From contig CAVRJO010000001.1 in the NCBI GenBank assembly GCA_963722255.1, positions 768,001-832,000 of the forward strand: 64,000 nt of DNA. The letters are read 5' to 3'. This stretch comes from Candidatus Babeliales bacterium. GTDB taxonomy: Bacteria > Babelota > Babeliae > Babelales > JANWKD01. Positions 10,616 through 21,242 of this stretch are shown piece after piece. A program made the position numbers and the translations under genes. The notes below the pieces were generated by a model, which saw nothing but the letters and a program-made list of their open reading frames with translations, was not told the DNA's origin and searched no databases. Every line of letters starts with the position of its first letter. The first letter of the stretch is position 1.

Positions 10616-11000
10616 TACGCAAATAAAATTCTATACAAGAAGCTTTATGAAACAGTTGTTGATTTTCTTGCTTTTGCTTACAAGCACCATTGCTTTGCCG
10701 ATGAATATCCTTGAAGATATTGAGTCGGGCATTCAACCATATCCGTGTCATCTTGCATTAACCATGAAAAAAGGCTTTTATGCTTTTAGCTCATGGTTTG
10801 GAACTGCCGCAGGAGCATTTGTAGTAGAAATTCTTGCACTCAATGCAATAAATAAAGCATTCCAAGAGGTTATTGATCCTTTACCGGAATCATGCTATGT
10901 CGTTGCAGCATGCACATCATCATTAGTAGGTTGTTTACTTGGCCCAAGAGTCTATAGAGTTTTACAAGCACCTTCCCAAGAAGAAGATTCAGACTTATAA
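10542..11000 (+). CDS. Secreted/membrane hypothetical protein with two TM helices (likely start 10647, MKQLL)
   Basis: Signal peptide; DIESG motif shared with 9708..10190. Confidence 0.6.
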   Translation: MADIVMCVLAYRVQQISITSLLKNDTQIKFYTRSFMKQLLIFLLLLTSTIALPMNILEDIESGIQPYPCHLALTMKKGFYAFSSWFGTAAGAFVVEILALNAINKAFQEVIDPLPESCYVVAACTSSLVGCLLGPRVYRVLQAPSQEEDSDL

Positions 11001-12295
11001 CACAAAACATTTGGATTTCGTAGCGTTAAGATAATGAGCCCGATAAGATTTGGTAATGCAACCAGCGGTAATACCAGATCCATAATTGCCCATACAAGAG
11101 GCACTTCAACTAATGAACTAATAAAAATAATCAATGCTGCAAAAGCATAGTAAGTGCGAATCCAGCGATATTGAGTAAATGTTGCAAAGCTTTGGCCACC
11201 ATTAAAACTATTGCCAAGAGCCGTTGTAGAAATAAAAAGAACAACACTGGTTATAAAAAAGAAGGGCCCAATAACCGGCAACTTATTTTCAAAAACTTGA
11301 AGAATGAGCGTATTACTAAAAATACCTTGTTTCCAAACACCGCTTGTTAAAACAAGCAGACCCGACAACAAACAAAGAAAGCCATCAGCAGCAACAGAAT
11401 ACATTGCTAAAATACCCTGATCAATTGGATTCTTAACATCCGACATTGAATGTGCTATTGATGCTGTTCCCATGCCCGATTCAGTTATAAATACTGCTTT
11501 AAAGGTTCCTTCTTTAATAGCGGCATAGACGGTGGCTCCTAAAAATCCACCAACGGCTGCCGCTGGAGAAAAGATCGAATTAAATACAAGTTTAAAAGCT
11601 TGCATAACTGCCGAGGGATCACCGGATAAAATTATAAGACTAAAGGTAACATACATGCCAAACATTAAGGGCACTAATTTACTTGCAAAAGCGCTAACGC
11701 GCTGTGCTCCACCAAGTAATACAAAAAAAATTGCCGATGCAAGAAGAAGTCCGACAATCCATTCAGGAACACCACGCTGAGCACCAATCTCTGCAAGAGC
11801 TTTTGACTGAATTCCCGACCAACCGGCAAATAAAAAAAGCGTCGTTAAGCCATACCAATAGGCCAAAAAGGGATGTACCGCTTTTAAATATTCAGCGGGA
11901 CCACCTAAAATTCTTCCATCGCTTGTTTTCTTTCTATAAGCAAGAGCAAAGGTAACTTCTACTAATTTTGTAACTGAACCAAAAAATGCATAGGCAAGCA
12001 ACCAAAAAAGTGCCCCCGGTCCTCCTGCAACAATTGCAAGCGATGGACCAACGATTGTTCCAATACCAATTGATGTCGCCATTGATGTAAATAATGCATG
12101 AAAGGCATTGATCGTTTTTGTTGTATCAATTTGCCGCTTTAAGCCTGAGGTAACAAACGTAATAAATCTTTTAAAAGCAAAGATCTGCGGAATACGCAGC
12201 TTCAGTGTTAAAAAAATACTGACTCCAAGAAATAAAAATGCAAAAGGAATACCGATGAGAATATTCAACTGGTTCAAAAACAGCAAAAGATTCAT
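10952..12295 (-). CDS. Alanine/glycine:cation symporter (AGCS/AlsT family)
   Basis: IGIGTIVG, GGPGALFW, GGPAEY, ESGMGT, LPNLIGL; multiple TM helices. Confidence 0.9.
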   Translation of the reverse strand: MNLLLFLNQLNILIGIPFAFLFLGVSIFLTLKLRIPQIFAFKRFITFVTSGLKRQIDTTKTINAFHALFTSMATSIGIGTIVGPSLAIVAGGPGALFWLLAYAFFGSVTKLVEVTFALAYRKKTSDGRILGGPAEYLKAVHPFLAYWYGLTTLFLFAGWSGIQSKALAEIGAQRGVPEWIVGLLLASAIFFVLLGGAQRVSAFASKLVPLMFGMYVTFSLIILSGDPSAVMQAFKLVFNSIFSPAAAVGGFLGATVYAAIKEGTFKAVFITESGMGTASIAHSMSDVKNPIDQGILAMYSVAADGFLCLLSGLLVLTSGVWKQGIFSNTLILQVFENKLPVIGPFFFITSVVLFISTTALGNSFNGGQSFATFTQYRWIRTYYAFAALIIFISSLVEVPLVWAIMDLVLPLVALPNLIGLIILTLRNPNVLCYKSESSSWEGACKTL

Positions 12296-12340
12296 TAATA
12301 AAACCTATACTAATGTGTAAATAATTTTTCTAGACTTACC

Positions 12341-12934
12341 TTATACTCTTTTTGATAAATAAGAAAGCGCCTTACGCATCATGAGATCAAAAGGAGCATT
12401 TGGTTCAACCGATTCTTTTACATGCTGCAATGCCTGCGAAATTTCAGTACGAGAATAGCTTAGAGAAGTAAGCACCTCGGAAATATTTTTAAAATCATGA
12501 AATTCTGTATCATCAACGGAACTAATACCCGATTCAATAAGCTTTGTCGCTTTATGGCGCAATTGCACAATCATTTGTTCTGCTTTTTTTGCACCAATGC
12601 CATTGATTGAACTCAATGCCTTTTCATCACTTGTTTGGATAACTTTTAAAAACGTAGCAGGTTTCATGCCTGATAAAATTGCTAATGCAATCTTGGGCCC
12701 AATACCCGAACAACTAATAATCATCAAAAAAATCGATTTTTCAAGCTCCGTTTGAAAACCATATAAAACAGGACCATTTTCTTGATGCCACTGTAAGTAG
12801 ATATGAAGTTCTACTTTTTGTCCTAAGGTAAAAGATGACTCGGCAACAAATAGTTGAAATCCAATGCTACCCACCCCCAATGTCATAATCTGATCTTTAT
12901 AAGCTATTACGCTTCCTTGTAAAAAATTTATCAT
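12341..12934 (-). CDS. ruvA: Holliday junction branch migration protein RuvA
   Basis: LYGF, SGIGPKIALAIL, GIGAKKAEQM. Confidence 0.95.
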   Translation of the reverse strand: MINFLQGSVIAYKDQIMTLGVGSIGFQLFVAESSFTLGQKVELHIYLQWHQENGPVLYGFQTELEKSIFLMIISCSGIGPKIALAILSGMKPATFLKVIQTSDEKALSSINGIGAKKAEQMIVQLRHKATKLIESGISSVDDTEFHDFKNISEVLTSLSYSRTEISQALQHVKESVEPNAPFDLMMRKALSYLSKRV

Positions 12935-13131
12935 ACAATATCCCTATTTTTTGATAGTGGTACTATCTATCTGTAGTGTACTTTAGCAAGAGTCATAAAA
13001 ATAAGCAAAAACCATTGATTTTCTTAGAGTTTTTTTGCCATAATGTAATTATATATACATTAAATTTAACATTAATAACAAATTATATTAGCTGTTTATT
13101 TTCAAATATAAAACATACAAAGGGGTTTGCA

Positions 13132-13833
13132 ATGAACTATTATGCTCTAACTTTACTATTTTTTGCTTTTTTTGGAACTATTCATGGTAAAACAGTTACT
13201 CTAAAAGAAGCTAATCCAACAATAGCCACAAGGCTTTTTGGCCATCAAGAACAGCAAGACAGTGAATTAAAAGGGCGTACTAATTATGTATGGCCCATTT
13301 TTGTTTCACCCCTTTCCTTAGCAACAAAAGATGAGTTTTTTACGCTTGTAAAAAAAACTGAATCCACTGACAATCCTGGCCACTTTATCCTTAACCCTGT
13401 ATTTGAAGTTTCTGATGCCATATTGTCAAATAAAAAAGAAGTAGAAAACTATTTTTCCCAGTTAATTCCTGAGGCTAATCCAGAAACATTAAAAGTTGCA
13501 TTAAATGGATTAAAACGAATTGAAATAGAAGGTTCTACAAGTAATCACTACATAGTTCCTATAATCAAACTAGATGATTTACGAAAGCTCACAAATCACA
13601 CCATAATTCTTTTTAAGATACCCGAATCTGAGGCCGAACTCACTCTTGCTCAAGAAAAATTGGAGTATGAACAGACCACAATGAGCGATCCACTCTATGA
13701 ATTAGTTAACGAATTATCAGGATACTCTGATTTTTTAAACTTTGTCCGCGTTGAAGAGGTTAAAGATTATATAAGAAAATTTGAAAAAATTGGTAATCCT
13801 TGGGCTGGTGAATTTTATAGCATTACTGAATAA
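13132..13833 (+). CDS. Secreted hypothetical protein
   Basis: AAGGGG RBS before ATG 13132; signal peptide MNYYALTLLFFAFFGTIHG. Confidence 0.65.
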   Translation: MNYYALTLLFFAFFGTIHGKTVTLKEANPTIATRLFGHQEQQDSELKGRTNYVWPIFVSPLSLATKDEFFTLVKKTESTDNPGHFILNPVFEVSDAILSNKKEVENYFSQLIPEANPETLKVALNGLKRIEIEGSTSNHYIVPIIKLDDLRKLTNHTIILFKIPESEAELTLAQEKLEYEQTTMSDPLYELVNELSGYSDFLNFVRVEEVKDYIRKFEKIGNPWAGEFYSITE

Positions 13834-13887
13834 CACCAAAAAAATTATTGAATCAACAAATTTTTAAATGGCATAAAAACTAAAAAA

Positions 13888-13977
13888 TGTCATTGCGAGC
13901 TTGCGCGGCAACCCAGTATTAAAGACTTTTCATTTTATCCACTGGGTCACCACGTCGTAAAACTCCTCGTGATGACA
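13888..13977. repeat. REP/RPE-like palindromic element
   Basis: TGTCATTGCGAG...ACCCAGT...ACTGGGT...CTCGTGATGACA nested inverted repeats. Confidence 0.75.
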
Positions 13978-14069
13978 TGGTGTTTAAATTGTAATTTTGA
14001 TTTCATAAATTAATATTGATTAGCCAAATGCATGCTTACTAACGTCAAAAAAACCAAGGAGACTCTCTT

Positions 14070-14423
14070 ATGAAAAAGATAACTCTCGCTTTTCTCATAA
14101 TTTTTTATGCTATCATGCCCTACGTTCTGCAAAGTGCAAATAATAAATACATTGTTAATATTCAAGCTAATTCTTATGGTATAGACCCCAATTACTATGA
14201 AGCATCATATGATAGTAATAATCAACAAGTTGTAATAACTCCTATAAACAAAGATGATCGAGACAAAAAGATCATTCCCCGCGTATATGCACGCCAATTA
14301 CAATCAGATCCCCCAGGACATAATTTTATAGGTACCGTTCCCAATCCTCGTTTTAATCCCGGATTCATTGTAGAATACACCAGTTATCGGCCAATTTTTG
14401 AGCTCTATGCAACTAAATATTAA
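14070..14423 (+). CDS. Secreted hypothetical protein
   Basis: AGGAG RBS, signal peptide. Confidence 0.7.
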   Translation: MKKITLAFLIIFYAIMPYVLQSANNKYIVNIQANSYGIDPNYYEASYDSNNQQVVITPINKDDRDKKIIPRVYARQLQSDPPGHNFIGTVPNPRFNPGFIVEYTSYRPIFELYATKY

Positions 14424-14482
14424 GAATGTATCAAATCATTGACAATACTCATTGATTTGATACATTCTTAATATCTTATTCT

Positions 14483-14557
14483 GCGGGAATAGCTCAGTGG
14501 TAGAGCGTTGCCTTGCCAAGGCAAAGGTCGCGGGTTCGACCCCCGTTTCCCGCTCCA
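14483..14557 (+). tRNA. tRNA-Gly (GCC)
   Basis: GCGGGAA/TTCCCGC acceptor stem, TTGCC-TT GCC AA-GGCAA anticodon arm, GGTTCGA T arm, encoded CCA. Confidence 0.98.
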
Positions 14558-14741
14558 TCTTTATCTAGTTCCTACTATCTGAATTTTGATTTCTAGAAAG
14601 CATTACCCCAAATCTATAAAAAAACATGCAAAGCAGACAAAAAGATTAAAATTTGATATCATAGAGGTTGTTCTATGGTGATAGTGCCATACAATGATAT
14701 TTTCCACATAAGTTACATAATTTTTTTTAAAGGACCACTTC

Positions 14742-15377
14742 ATGAAATCAATCATGCAAGAAGCCTCTTCTGTTATTAAGGCTATTGAAAAAGGCTGGGA
14801 AACCGCCGGCAAGCCTAAACAGTTTTCAATTACCGTCTTTGAAGAACCAAAAAAGAATTTTATTGGAATGACCGTACAATCTGCAAAAGTCGGCATCTTT
14901 TTTGATGAAGCTAAAGCCGTAGAAAGAGAGCTACCAAAAACCACGCACATAAAGAAAAAAGAGCCTTTTGTAAAACCTCAGCCCAAAAAAGAGTTTGTCC
15001 AGCAACAAGAAAAAGAAGAAAAACCGGAAGTGGTTGAAAAGAGTAGTGTAAAAGCTCAGGCAAGACCAGTGCAAAAAGCTCAACCACGTGAACTCCCAAC
15101 TGCCCAACCAAAGCTAGTTTGGACTCCTGAAATGATTAGTTTTGTTCAGCAATGGTTAACACAAACACTTGCTGCCTTAAATCTTTCTCATATCAGCTTT
15201 ACGACCGAGCCATCGAACTATCAATTAGTTATTAATTTTAATAAGCCTTTACTTGCTCAAGCAGGTAAGGAACAACAGCTTATGAAAAGCTTTTCACTCT
15301 TATTAATACAAACCTTGCGCCATACGTTTAAGAGACCATTGCGCGGATTTAAAATTATGATGACGCATACTTCATGA
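14742..15377 (+). CDS. Jag/EloR N-terminal-domain protein, apparently lacking a complete KH-R3H region
   Basis: QEASSVIKAIEKG..ITVFEEPKKNFIG (Jag_N-like); directly upstream of mnmE. Confidence 0.65.
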   Translation: MKSIMQEASSVIKAIEKGWETAGKPKQFSITVFEEPKKNFIGMTVQSAKVGIFFDEAKAVERELPKTTHIKKKEPFVKPQPKKEFVQQQEKEEKPEVVEKSSVKAQARPVQKAQPRELPTAQPKLVWTPEMISFVQQWLTQTLAALNLSHISFTTEPSNYQLVINFNKPLLAQAGKEQQLMKSFSLLLIQTLRHTFKRPLRGFKIMMTHTS

Positions 15378-16753
15378 TGTCGACAACGAGTGAATCAACG
15401 ATTATTGCACAATGCACTCCCCGTGGAAATGGGGCAATTGCTCTCGTGCGCATGTCAGGCGCATCAGCGCTTTCTATAGCTGATGCTATTGCACGGCTTG
15501 CTTCAAAGCAACGTGTAAGCGACGTGGCCAGCCATACCGTCCATTATGGATCAATTGTAAGCCAAGAAGGTTCTATTATTGATCAGGTTATGCTTATAAT
15601 AATGCATGCTCCCAAAACCTTTACAGGCGAAAATGTTGTCGAAATAACCTGCCACAATAATCCCTTCTTAATTGATGCAATTATAGAACGTGCATTAGAA
15701 TGCGGCGCACGCTTAGCACAAGAAGGCGAATTCTCTAAGCGTGCTTTTATGAATAACAAGATTGACTTAATTCAAGCAGAGTCGATTAATGAACTTATTC
15801 ATGCTTCAACGCAAATGGCACTTAAACAGTCGCTTTCGCAAGTCACCGGAAGCTTGTCTGCGTGGCTTACCTCTCTTGAAAAAGAAGTTGTTACCATGAG
15901 TGCCTTATCAGAGGCAAGCTTTGAATTTATTGACGAAGAAATGTCATTTGGCACTCAAATACAGGAAAGACTCACTGCTCTCTTGCAAAAAATAGGAACT
16001 ATTAAAAAGACATTTAATCAGCAGCAACATATTCGCCAAGGTATTCGTATTGCTCTTATTGGCTCAGTGAATGCCGGAAAATCATCCTTGTTTAATGCTT
16101 TGCTTAATAAAAATAGATCTATTGTCACTGATATTGCAGGGACAACGCGCGATGTTGTTGAAGCGGGTGTCTATAAAAATAGTAGTTATTGGACCTTACT
16201 TGATACTGCAGGATTACGCCAAACGGCCGATTTTGTAGAACAAGAAGGAATTACTCGATCATATCAAGAAGCTGAGCAGGCTGACTGCATTGTGCTGGTC
16301 TTTGATGGTTCACGAGCGCTTACACATCAAGAGAAAATTATTTATGATGATCTTAAAGCACGGTATAGCCACAAGATGCTTATTGTCTATACCAAATCAG
16401 ATTTGCCTCAGTATCATTATGAGACTATAAAAGAGGTTCCTTTTACTCAAGTTTCTGTACACAATAAAGATTCAGTCGCTCATCTTGAACAGATGCTTGA
16501 AGAGAAAATTCAACAAGATTTCTTTAATCACATAGAATCTCCCTTTTTACTTAACCAACGCCATTATACGTTATTGCTTTCTTTGGAAAAAGATCTCAAA
16601 GCCATTCAACCACTCTTGGTTGAACCAATAGCGTATGAACTTGTTTCATATCATCTTAAGGAAGCGCTTGAAAAGGTCTCTGAACTTTCAGGAAAAACCA
16701 TTACAGAACAATCTATGAATGCTGTTTTTAGAGAGTTTTGCGTAGGTAAATAA
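15374..16753 (+). CDS. mnmE: tRNA modification GTPase MnmE
   Basis: TIIAQCTPRG, FTGENVVE, GSVNAGKSS, AGTTRD, DTAG, C-terminal FCVGK. Confidence 0.97.
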   Translation: MMSTTSESTIIAQCTPRGNGAIALVRMSGASALSIADAIARLASKQRVSDVASHTVHYGSIVSQEGSIIDQVMLIIMHAPKTFTGENVVEITCHNNPFLIDAIIERALECGARLAQEGEFSKRAFMNNKIDLIQAESINELIHASTQMALKQSLSQVTGSLSAWLTSLEKEVVTMSALSEASFEFIDEEMSFGTQIQERLTALLQKIGTIKKTFNQQQHIRQGIRIALIGSVNAGKSSLFNALLNKNRSIVTDIAGTTRDVVEAGVYKNSSYWTLLDTAGLRQTADFVEQEGITRSYQEAEQADCIVLVFDGSRALTHQEKIIYDDLKARYSHKMLIVYTKSDLPQYHYETIKEVPFTQVSVHNKDSVAHLEQMLEEKIQQDFFNHIESPFLLNQRHYTLLLSLEKDLKAIQPLLVEPIAYELVSYHLKEALEKVSELSGKTITEQSMNAVFREFCVGK

Positions 16754-16789
16754 AAAAGGGCAGATCAGATTGAAGATCTACCCTTTTTT
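16752..16789. terminator. Bidirectional intrinsic terminator
   Basis: AAAAAAGGGCAGATC...GATCTACCCTTTTTT between convergent genes. Confidence 0.65.
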
Positions 16790-16832
16790 ATTTTATTTGC
16801 AATTCAATGCTCGTTATTTATTGATAATTAAA

Positions 16833-17453
16833 TTATCCAACTTTTTCCAAAATCCTCTGCCCCACATACTCAACAATGTCTTCTTCAAGTTCTTTTACAA
16901 TGTTTGGATTTAGATCACTTATAATAAACTCTTTGAATTGAGAATCCGTAGCATAAACTTTTTTATCAATGAAATTTTTAAATTCTCTATCCCTTAAATA
17001 AATTCCATTTGCTGAAGCAAGGGGATAAGTAGTATGCTTATCATCTTGCTTAAAATAACTCATTAAAAGGTCCACAAACTGTTTATAAACCTCAAAAGGC
17101 TTCTCCGCCTTCATAACGCCCCCATTTTTTATTCGTAAAGCATCAAATGCATCCATTTGATTCATGCCTCGAAAAATGGGACTCAAGCCTTGCTTTAATA
17201 AAAATTGAGTAAATTCATAATCACCCTTATATACAGCTGAAATAAGGGGATTATGGTAATGGTGCTGCTTCCCTTCAACTACTGGAATAGCCCTCATCAT
17301 ATTTGCCTTATACGACTCATAGTCAAGATTACCTTGATCATAGGCTGGACCACTTTCCCAATACAGATCTCCAGCCTCTTCTTTAGTAAACTCCATTGCA
17401 TAGTGAATATGTGGTATAAGTGCAAGCGCTGCTACTATACATAATCTTTTCAT
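16833..17453 (-). CDS. Secreted protein with a single ankyrin-like repeat
   Basis: Signal peptide HYA-MEF; HNPLISAVYKGDYEFTQFLLKQGLSP. Confidence 0.8.
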   Translation of the reverse strand: MKRLCIVAALALIPHIHYAMEFTKEEAGDLYWESGPAYDQGNLDYESYKANMMRAIPVVEGKQHHYHNPLISAVYKGDYEFTQFLLKQGLSPIFRGMNQMDAFDALRIKNGGVMKAEKPFEVYKQFVDLLMSYFKQDDKHTTYPLASANGIYLRDREFKNFIDKKVYATDSQFKEFIISDLNPNIVKELEEDIVEYVGQRILEKVG

Positions 17454-17557
17454 ACAAAACTCCTTTTCATGTAATAAAATAACATTGTTTAACTACTAAA
17501 ACCTACTGCCTAAGATAGTTGTTCACATTTTTCTGTGCCATCTCACGATTAATCCTC

Positions 17558-18154
17558 TCATGTACTATGTAATCTAAACCATTCTTGAATATTAATTTTT
17601 TCTTTATACCAAGGATTAATGCTTTTCGCAGGAAAAGGTGTATACACTTCACCAGCAGGTATATACTTCTTTAAAAGCAAAAAAATCTCAGAAAGCGAAG
17701 CCGTCTTTTGCACTGAACTGAAATCTTCACTAGTGCATATATTAGCTGCATCAAAGGCATTAACAAAATCAGTTCCCCGAAAAAGAGGATTAGCCCCGTG
17801 CTTTAAAAGAAATTCTATAAATTCAACATCCTGTGCTTGAACGGCTCTGATGAGTGGATTATGTTGTTGATTTTGCGTATATCTCAATTCTGGAACAATC
17901 TTTTGTAAAATTTTTTTGAAATCACTATAGGGTTGATCTTTGCAATCAAAAAAATGCTGCACGGGATTGTCATTATCATTAAGAGAAGTCTTTTTTATAC
18001 TATCTTCAAGATTGCCTTCATAAGCCTTAAGAAGGGCCAATTTGTTCTCATCCATAGAATCGCGTGCAGTCGAATCCCACTGTTCTTCTTGCATAGCGCA
18101 TACATTCAAGAAAATAGCTAATGCCATAAATAAATATCGTGCTTCATTCCTCAT
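17558..18154 (-). CDS. Secreted ankyrin-like protein, paralog of 16833..17453
   Basis: HNPLIRAVQAQDVEFIEFLLKHGANPLFRG..AFDA shared with neighbour. Confidence 0.8.
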   Translation of the reverse strand: MRNEARYLFMALAIFLNVCAMQEEQWDSTARDSMDENKLALLKAYEGNLEDSIKKTSLNDNDNPVQHFFDCKDQPYSDFKKILQKIVPELRYTQNQQHNPLIRAVQAQDVEFIEFLLKHGANPLFRGTDFVNAFDAANICTSEDFSSVQKTASLSEIFLLLKKYIPAGEVYTPFPAKSINPWYKEKINIQEWFRLHST

Positions 18155-18179
18155 AACGCTCCTTTAATTAAATCTTATA

Positions 18180-18851
18180 TTATGCAGCTAATGCATACAC
18201 TTCAACACGACGATTTGGTGCTTGTCCTTCGATGCTATCTTCAAAAGCAACCGGTTCTTCAGTACCAACCCCAAATATCTTAATTTTATCTCTAGGAATG
18301 CCTGCTTCTTTTTCTAAATAATGTGCGATAGTATTAGCGCGGTTGTTTGAAAGCGCTAAATTATATGCTCGTGTACCATATTTACCAACCCATAGACATG
18401 AGTGGCCTTTACAGCAGATTGTTTTACCTTCTTTTACAAGCTCTTTGGCTTTTTTTGCTGTTAGCTTTAACAGCGCCTGCTGATTGGCTGCCGGCTCCTT
18501 TGAATCATAGGGAAAATAAACAACATGAACTTCGTCTTTTGTATCAAGCTGCTCTAAACTATAGTCTTGTATCGATGGTTCATCGTGATTATAAGCAAGA
18601 TGCGCTCCATCAAATGGGGTCGTAAATTGCTCTTCCTCAAGCACAAATGCCTCAACATCTTCATTAAAACAGAAGGAGGAGCCATCCTGAGGGTCTAAAG
18701 GCATATCTAAATAGTCATTATTATTATGATAGGTAGCAGGGGTTAAACTATTTTTTTGATCTTTTCTACAACCGGCTAAGCTCATGGCTATAAGCAAAAC
18801 AAGTATGAATTTTTGAGTTAAAAATTGATTTTTCACCATTGATTTCTCCAA
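18180..18851 (-). CDS. OmpA/Pal-like peptidoglycan-binding lipoprotein
   Basis: Lipobox LAGC, VYFPYDS, YNLALSNNRA, NRRVE. Confidence 0.88.
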   Translation of the reverse strand: MEKSMVKNQFLTQKFILVLLIAMSLAGCRKDQKNSLTPATYHNNNDYLDMPLDPQDGSSFCFNEDVEAFVLEEEQFTTPFDGAHLAYNHDEPSIQDYSLEQLDTKDEVHVVYFPYDSKEPAANQQALLKLTAKKAKELVKEGKTICCKGHSCLWVGKYGTRAYNLALSNNRANTIAHYLEKEAGIPRDKIKIFGVGTEEPVAFEDSIEGQAPNRRVEVYALAA

Positions 18852-19055
18852 GAGATATATTTTTCAATGAGTATACATAGTGAGAGCAAACTAGCATATT
18901 TTTTATCAATTTTCCACCAAACTCTTTTAAATTAATACTATTTTCTACTCTTTAATGATTGGATCAGGTATACTAGTAGTATATAAAAAATTATACAAAA
19001 AAGGTCATTGTCAAAAAATATATACAATGCACTAATAAAAAATTAATGGAACTCT

Positions 19056-20570
19056 ATGAAAAAAATCTTAATTAGCGCCAACCCATGGCAAACAAAAATT
19101 GCCGTAACACGCGATGGGAACCTTCAAAACATCTATTTTGCTTCGCATGCAAAACAGTCGCTTGAGCGTTCATTTTTTAAAGGCTCCATCATAAAGGTAT
19201 TACCTGGCATTCAAACTGCTTTCGTTGATATTGGTCAAGAAAAGGCTGGATTTTTGCATATTTCCGAAATTGATCGGGAACTTGCACTTGATCGTATGAG
19301 CTCAACGGTGGAAATCGAAGAAAGCGGCTCATCAGCAAAAGACTCACCTGCCTCTTATGTTCCCCATCAACCTCCTGATATTAGTAAAATCTTAAAAGAG
19401 GGCGAATCAATTCTTGTCCAGGTCAGCAAAGAACCCGTTTACGAAAAGGGCGCAAAGCTTACAACCTGTTTTACCCTTCCTGGCCGTTTTATTGTTTTAA
19501 TGCCTAATATTCCTCGAATCGCTATTTCAAAGAAAATTGAAAATAGAGAAGAACGTATCAGGCTCAAAGAGATCGTTTCAAAGAATCTTCCTGAAGGAAT
19601 GGGTGCAATTATTAGAACCACTTCTGAAGATCGTCAAGAAAAGGAGATCGCACAGGATATTCAGTTTTTAGTAACAACATGGGATCTTATCATAAAACGC
19701 TACAACGAAGCAGAAGTCCAAGAAAAAATTTATGAAGATTTGCCACTTTCCTTACAAATTGTTCGCGACCATTTAGATAATGATGTTGAGTCGGTTATTA
19801 GCGATAACCAACAAAACCAACAAGATATTTATAAATTTGTAAAAAAGATTGCGCCTGAGTATTCCCATAAAATTCATTATTATACCGGCCAGCAAGATCT
19901 TTTTGAAAAATACGATATTGAAAGCCAAGTGCAACAAGCGCTTTCAGAAAAGGTACACCTCAAATCGGGCGGTTCAATAATTATTGAAACAACCCAAGCA
20001 ATGACCGTTATTGACGTTAACACGGGAAGATATACGGGTAAATCTGACCTTGAAGAGACCATTTTAAAAACAAATCTCGAGGCTGCTGAAGAAGTAACGA
20101 GACAACTGCGCTTACGTAACATCGGTGGACTTATTGTTATCGACTTTATCGATATGGCCTCACCGGCAAACCGTCAAAAGCTTTTTAAATTCTTTGAACG
20201 CATGCTCAAAGAGCGGGATAAGTTCCAATCGGTTGTTTTAAAAATTACTGAATTTGGCCTTGTACAAATGACTCGTAAACGTTCAGGCAAGACGCTCTTA
20301 CAAGAGTTGACGCAAGCATGCCCAACCTGCAAAGGACTCGGGTATATAAAAACAACGCAAACTATTGCGTATACGCTTCTGCCTAAAATCAAACAAGAAT
20401 TACATCATTATAAGAATAAAAATATTACCATTGCCTGCAATATGCACGTTTTTGATTATATTGCGCATACCGAATACAATACGATTTTACAATTTGAACG
20501 TGATTTTAAATGTAAAATTATTTTAGAAGGTAAAGATGATCTTCCGCTTACTGAATATGTAATTAGCTAA
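19056..20570 (+). CDS. rng: Ribonuclease G/E family endoribonuclease
   Basis: AFVDIG, IDVNTG, LRNIGGLIVIDFIDM, CPTCKG. Confidence 0.95.
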   Translation: MKKILISANPWQTKIAVTRDGNLQNIYFASHAKQSLERSFFKGSIIKVLPGIQTAFVDIGQEKAGFLHISEIDRELALDRMSSTVEIEESGSSAKDSPASYVPHQPPDISKILKEGESILVQVSKEPVYEKGAKLTTCFTLPGRFIVLMPNIPRIAISKKIENREERIRLKEIVSKNLPEGMGAIIRTTSEDRQEKEIAQDIQFLVTTWDLIIKRYNEAEVQEKIYEDLPLSLQIVRDHLDNDVESVISDNQQNQQDIYKFVKKIAPEYSHKIHYYTGQQDLFEKYDIESQVQQALSEKVHLKSGGSIIIETTQAMTVIDVNTGRYTGKSDLEETILKTNLEAAEEVTRQLRLRNIGGLIVIDFIDMASPANRQKLFKFFERMLKERDKFQSVVLKITEFGLVQMTRKRSGKTLLQELTQACPTCKGLGYIKTTQTIAYTLLPKIKQELHHYKNKNITIACNMHVFDYIAHTEYNTILQFERDFKCKIILEGKDDLPLTEYVIS

Positions 20571-20606
20571 AAAAAGAGGAGTCCCAAAGGACTCCCTTTA
20601 TTTTTT
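20569..20606. terminator. Intrinsic terminator
   Basis: AAAAAAAGAGGAGTCC-CAAA-GGACTCCCTTTATTTTTT. Confidence 0.65.
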
Positions 20607-20625
20607 AATCAATGGTTCTAAAGTG

Positions 20626-21237
20626 TTAGCTTCCTTTTGCAGCAAAAGGTATCTTTGAAGCAGCTAACGTTACGAGTGGCATTAAGCGTGCATTAAAAAG
20701 AGATGCTACTTCATTGCGGAAGAAGTATGATGCTATACTGGCAGCACTAAGTCCTAATCCGATAGCACCGAAAATTCTTTTGTAATCGTAGATAGTATAA
20801 TGATATCCTCTAATATCTTTATAAGAAAGATCACTATCATTAAGATAAATGTTTTTCCATACAGTATTACCTTCTGTTCTCCAAATAAGCTTAGTGAAAA
20901 AGCCGTTTCTTCTCACGGACAAATCATCATAATAGTATGTACCTTGTCTCTTCGCCTTGTTCAATAGCATTATTTTTTCTGAAATTCTATCACAACAATC
21001 CTTTCTTGTTGAATTAGATGGATTTTCAGCCAAAACTTTATTTACTTGCTCTTGAGAAGATATCCATGGTTTAACAGACATAGCTATACAATCTTGTGTA
21101 TATTGTTTGAATAATTCTTTAGAATCATGATAGCTATATCCTTCTTTAGTTAGCTTTTTCATTGCAAATGATTGCTGCACTGTAGTTCCCACGAGAATTA
21201 TAGTTGCAGCAATATATAATTTTAATACTATTTTCAT
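20626..21237 (-). CDS. Secreted protein with C-terminal TM segment; paralog of 22404..22949; separated from its RBS by an IS
   Basis: Signal peptide and C-terminal ~45 aa nearly identical to 22404..22949. Confidence 0.75.
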   Translation of the reverse strand: MKIVLKLYIAATIILVGTTVQQSFAMKKLTKEGYSYHDSKELFKQYTQDCIAMSVKPWISSQEQVNKVLAENPSNSTRKDCCDRISEKIMLLNKAKRQGTYYYDDLSVRRNGFFTKLIWRTEGNTVWKNIYLNDSDLSYKDIRGYHYTIYDYKRIFGAIGLGLSAASIASYFFRNEVASLFNARLMPLVTLAASKIPFAAKGS

Positions 21238-21242
21238 AAATA

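Noticed and set aside
16739..16753. C-terminal Cys of MnmE (FCVGK) as a CaaX box
   Set aside because: This is the conserved functional FC(V/I)GK motif of MnmE
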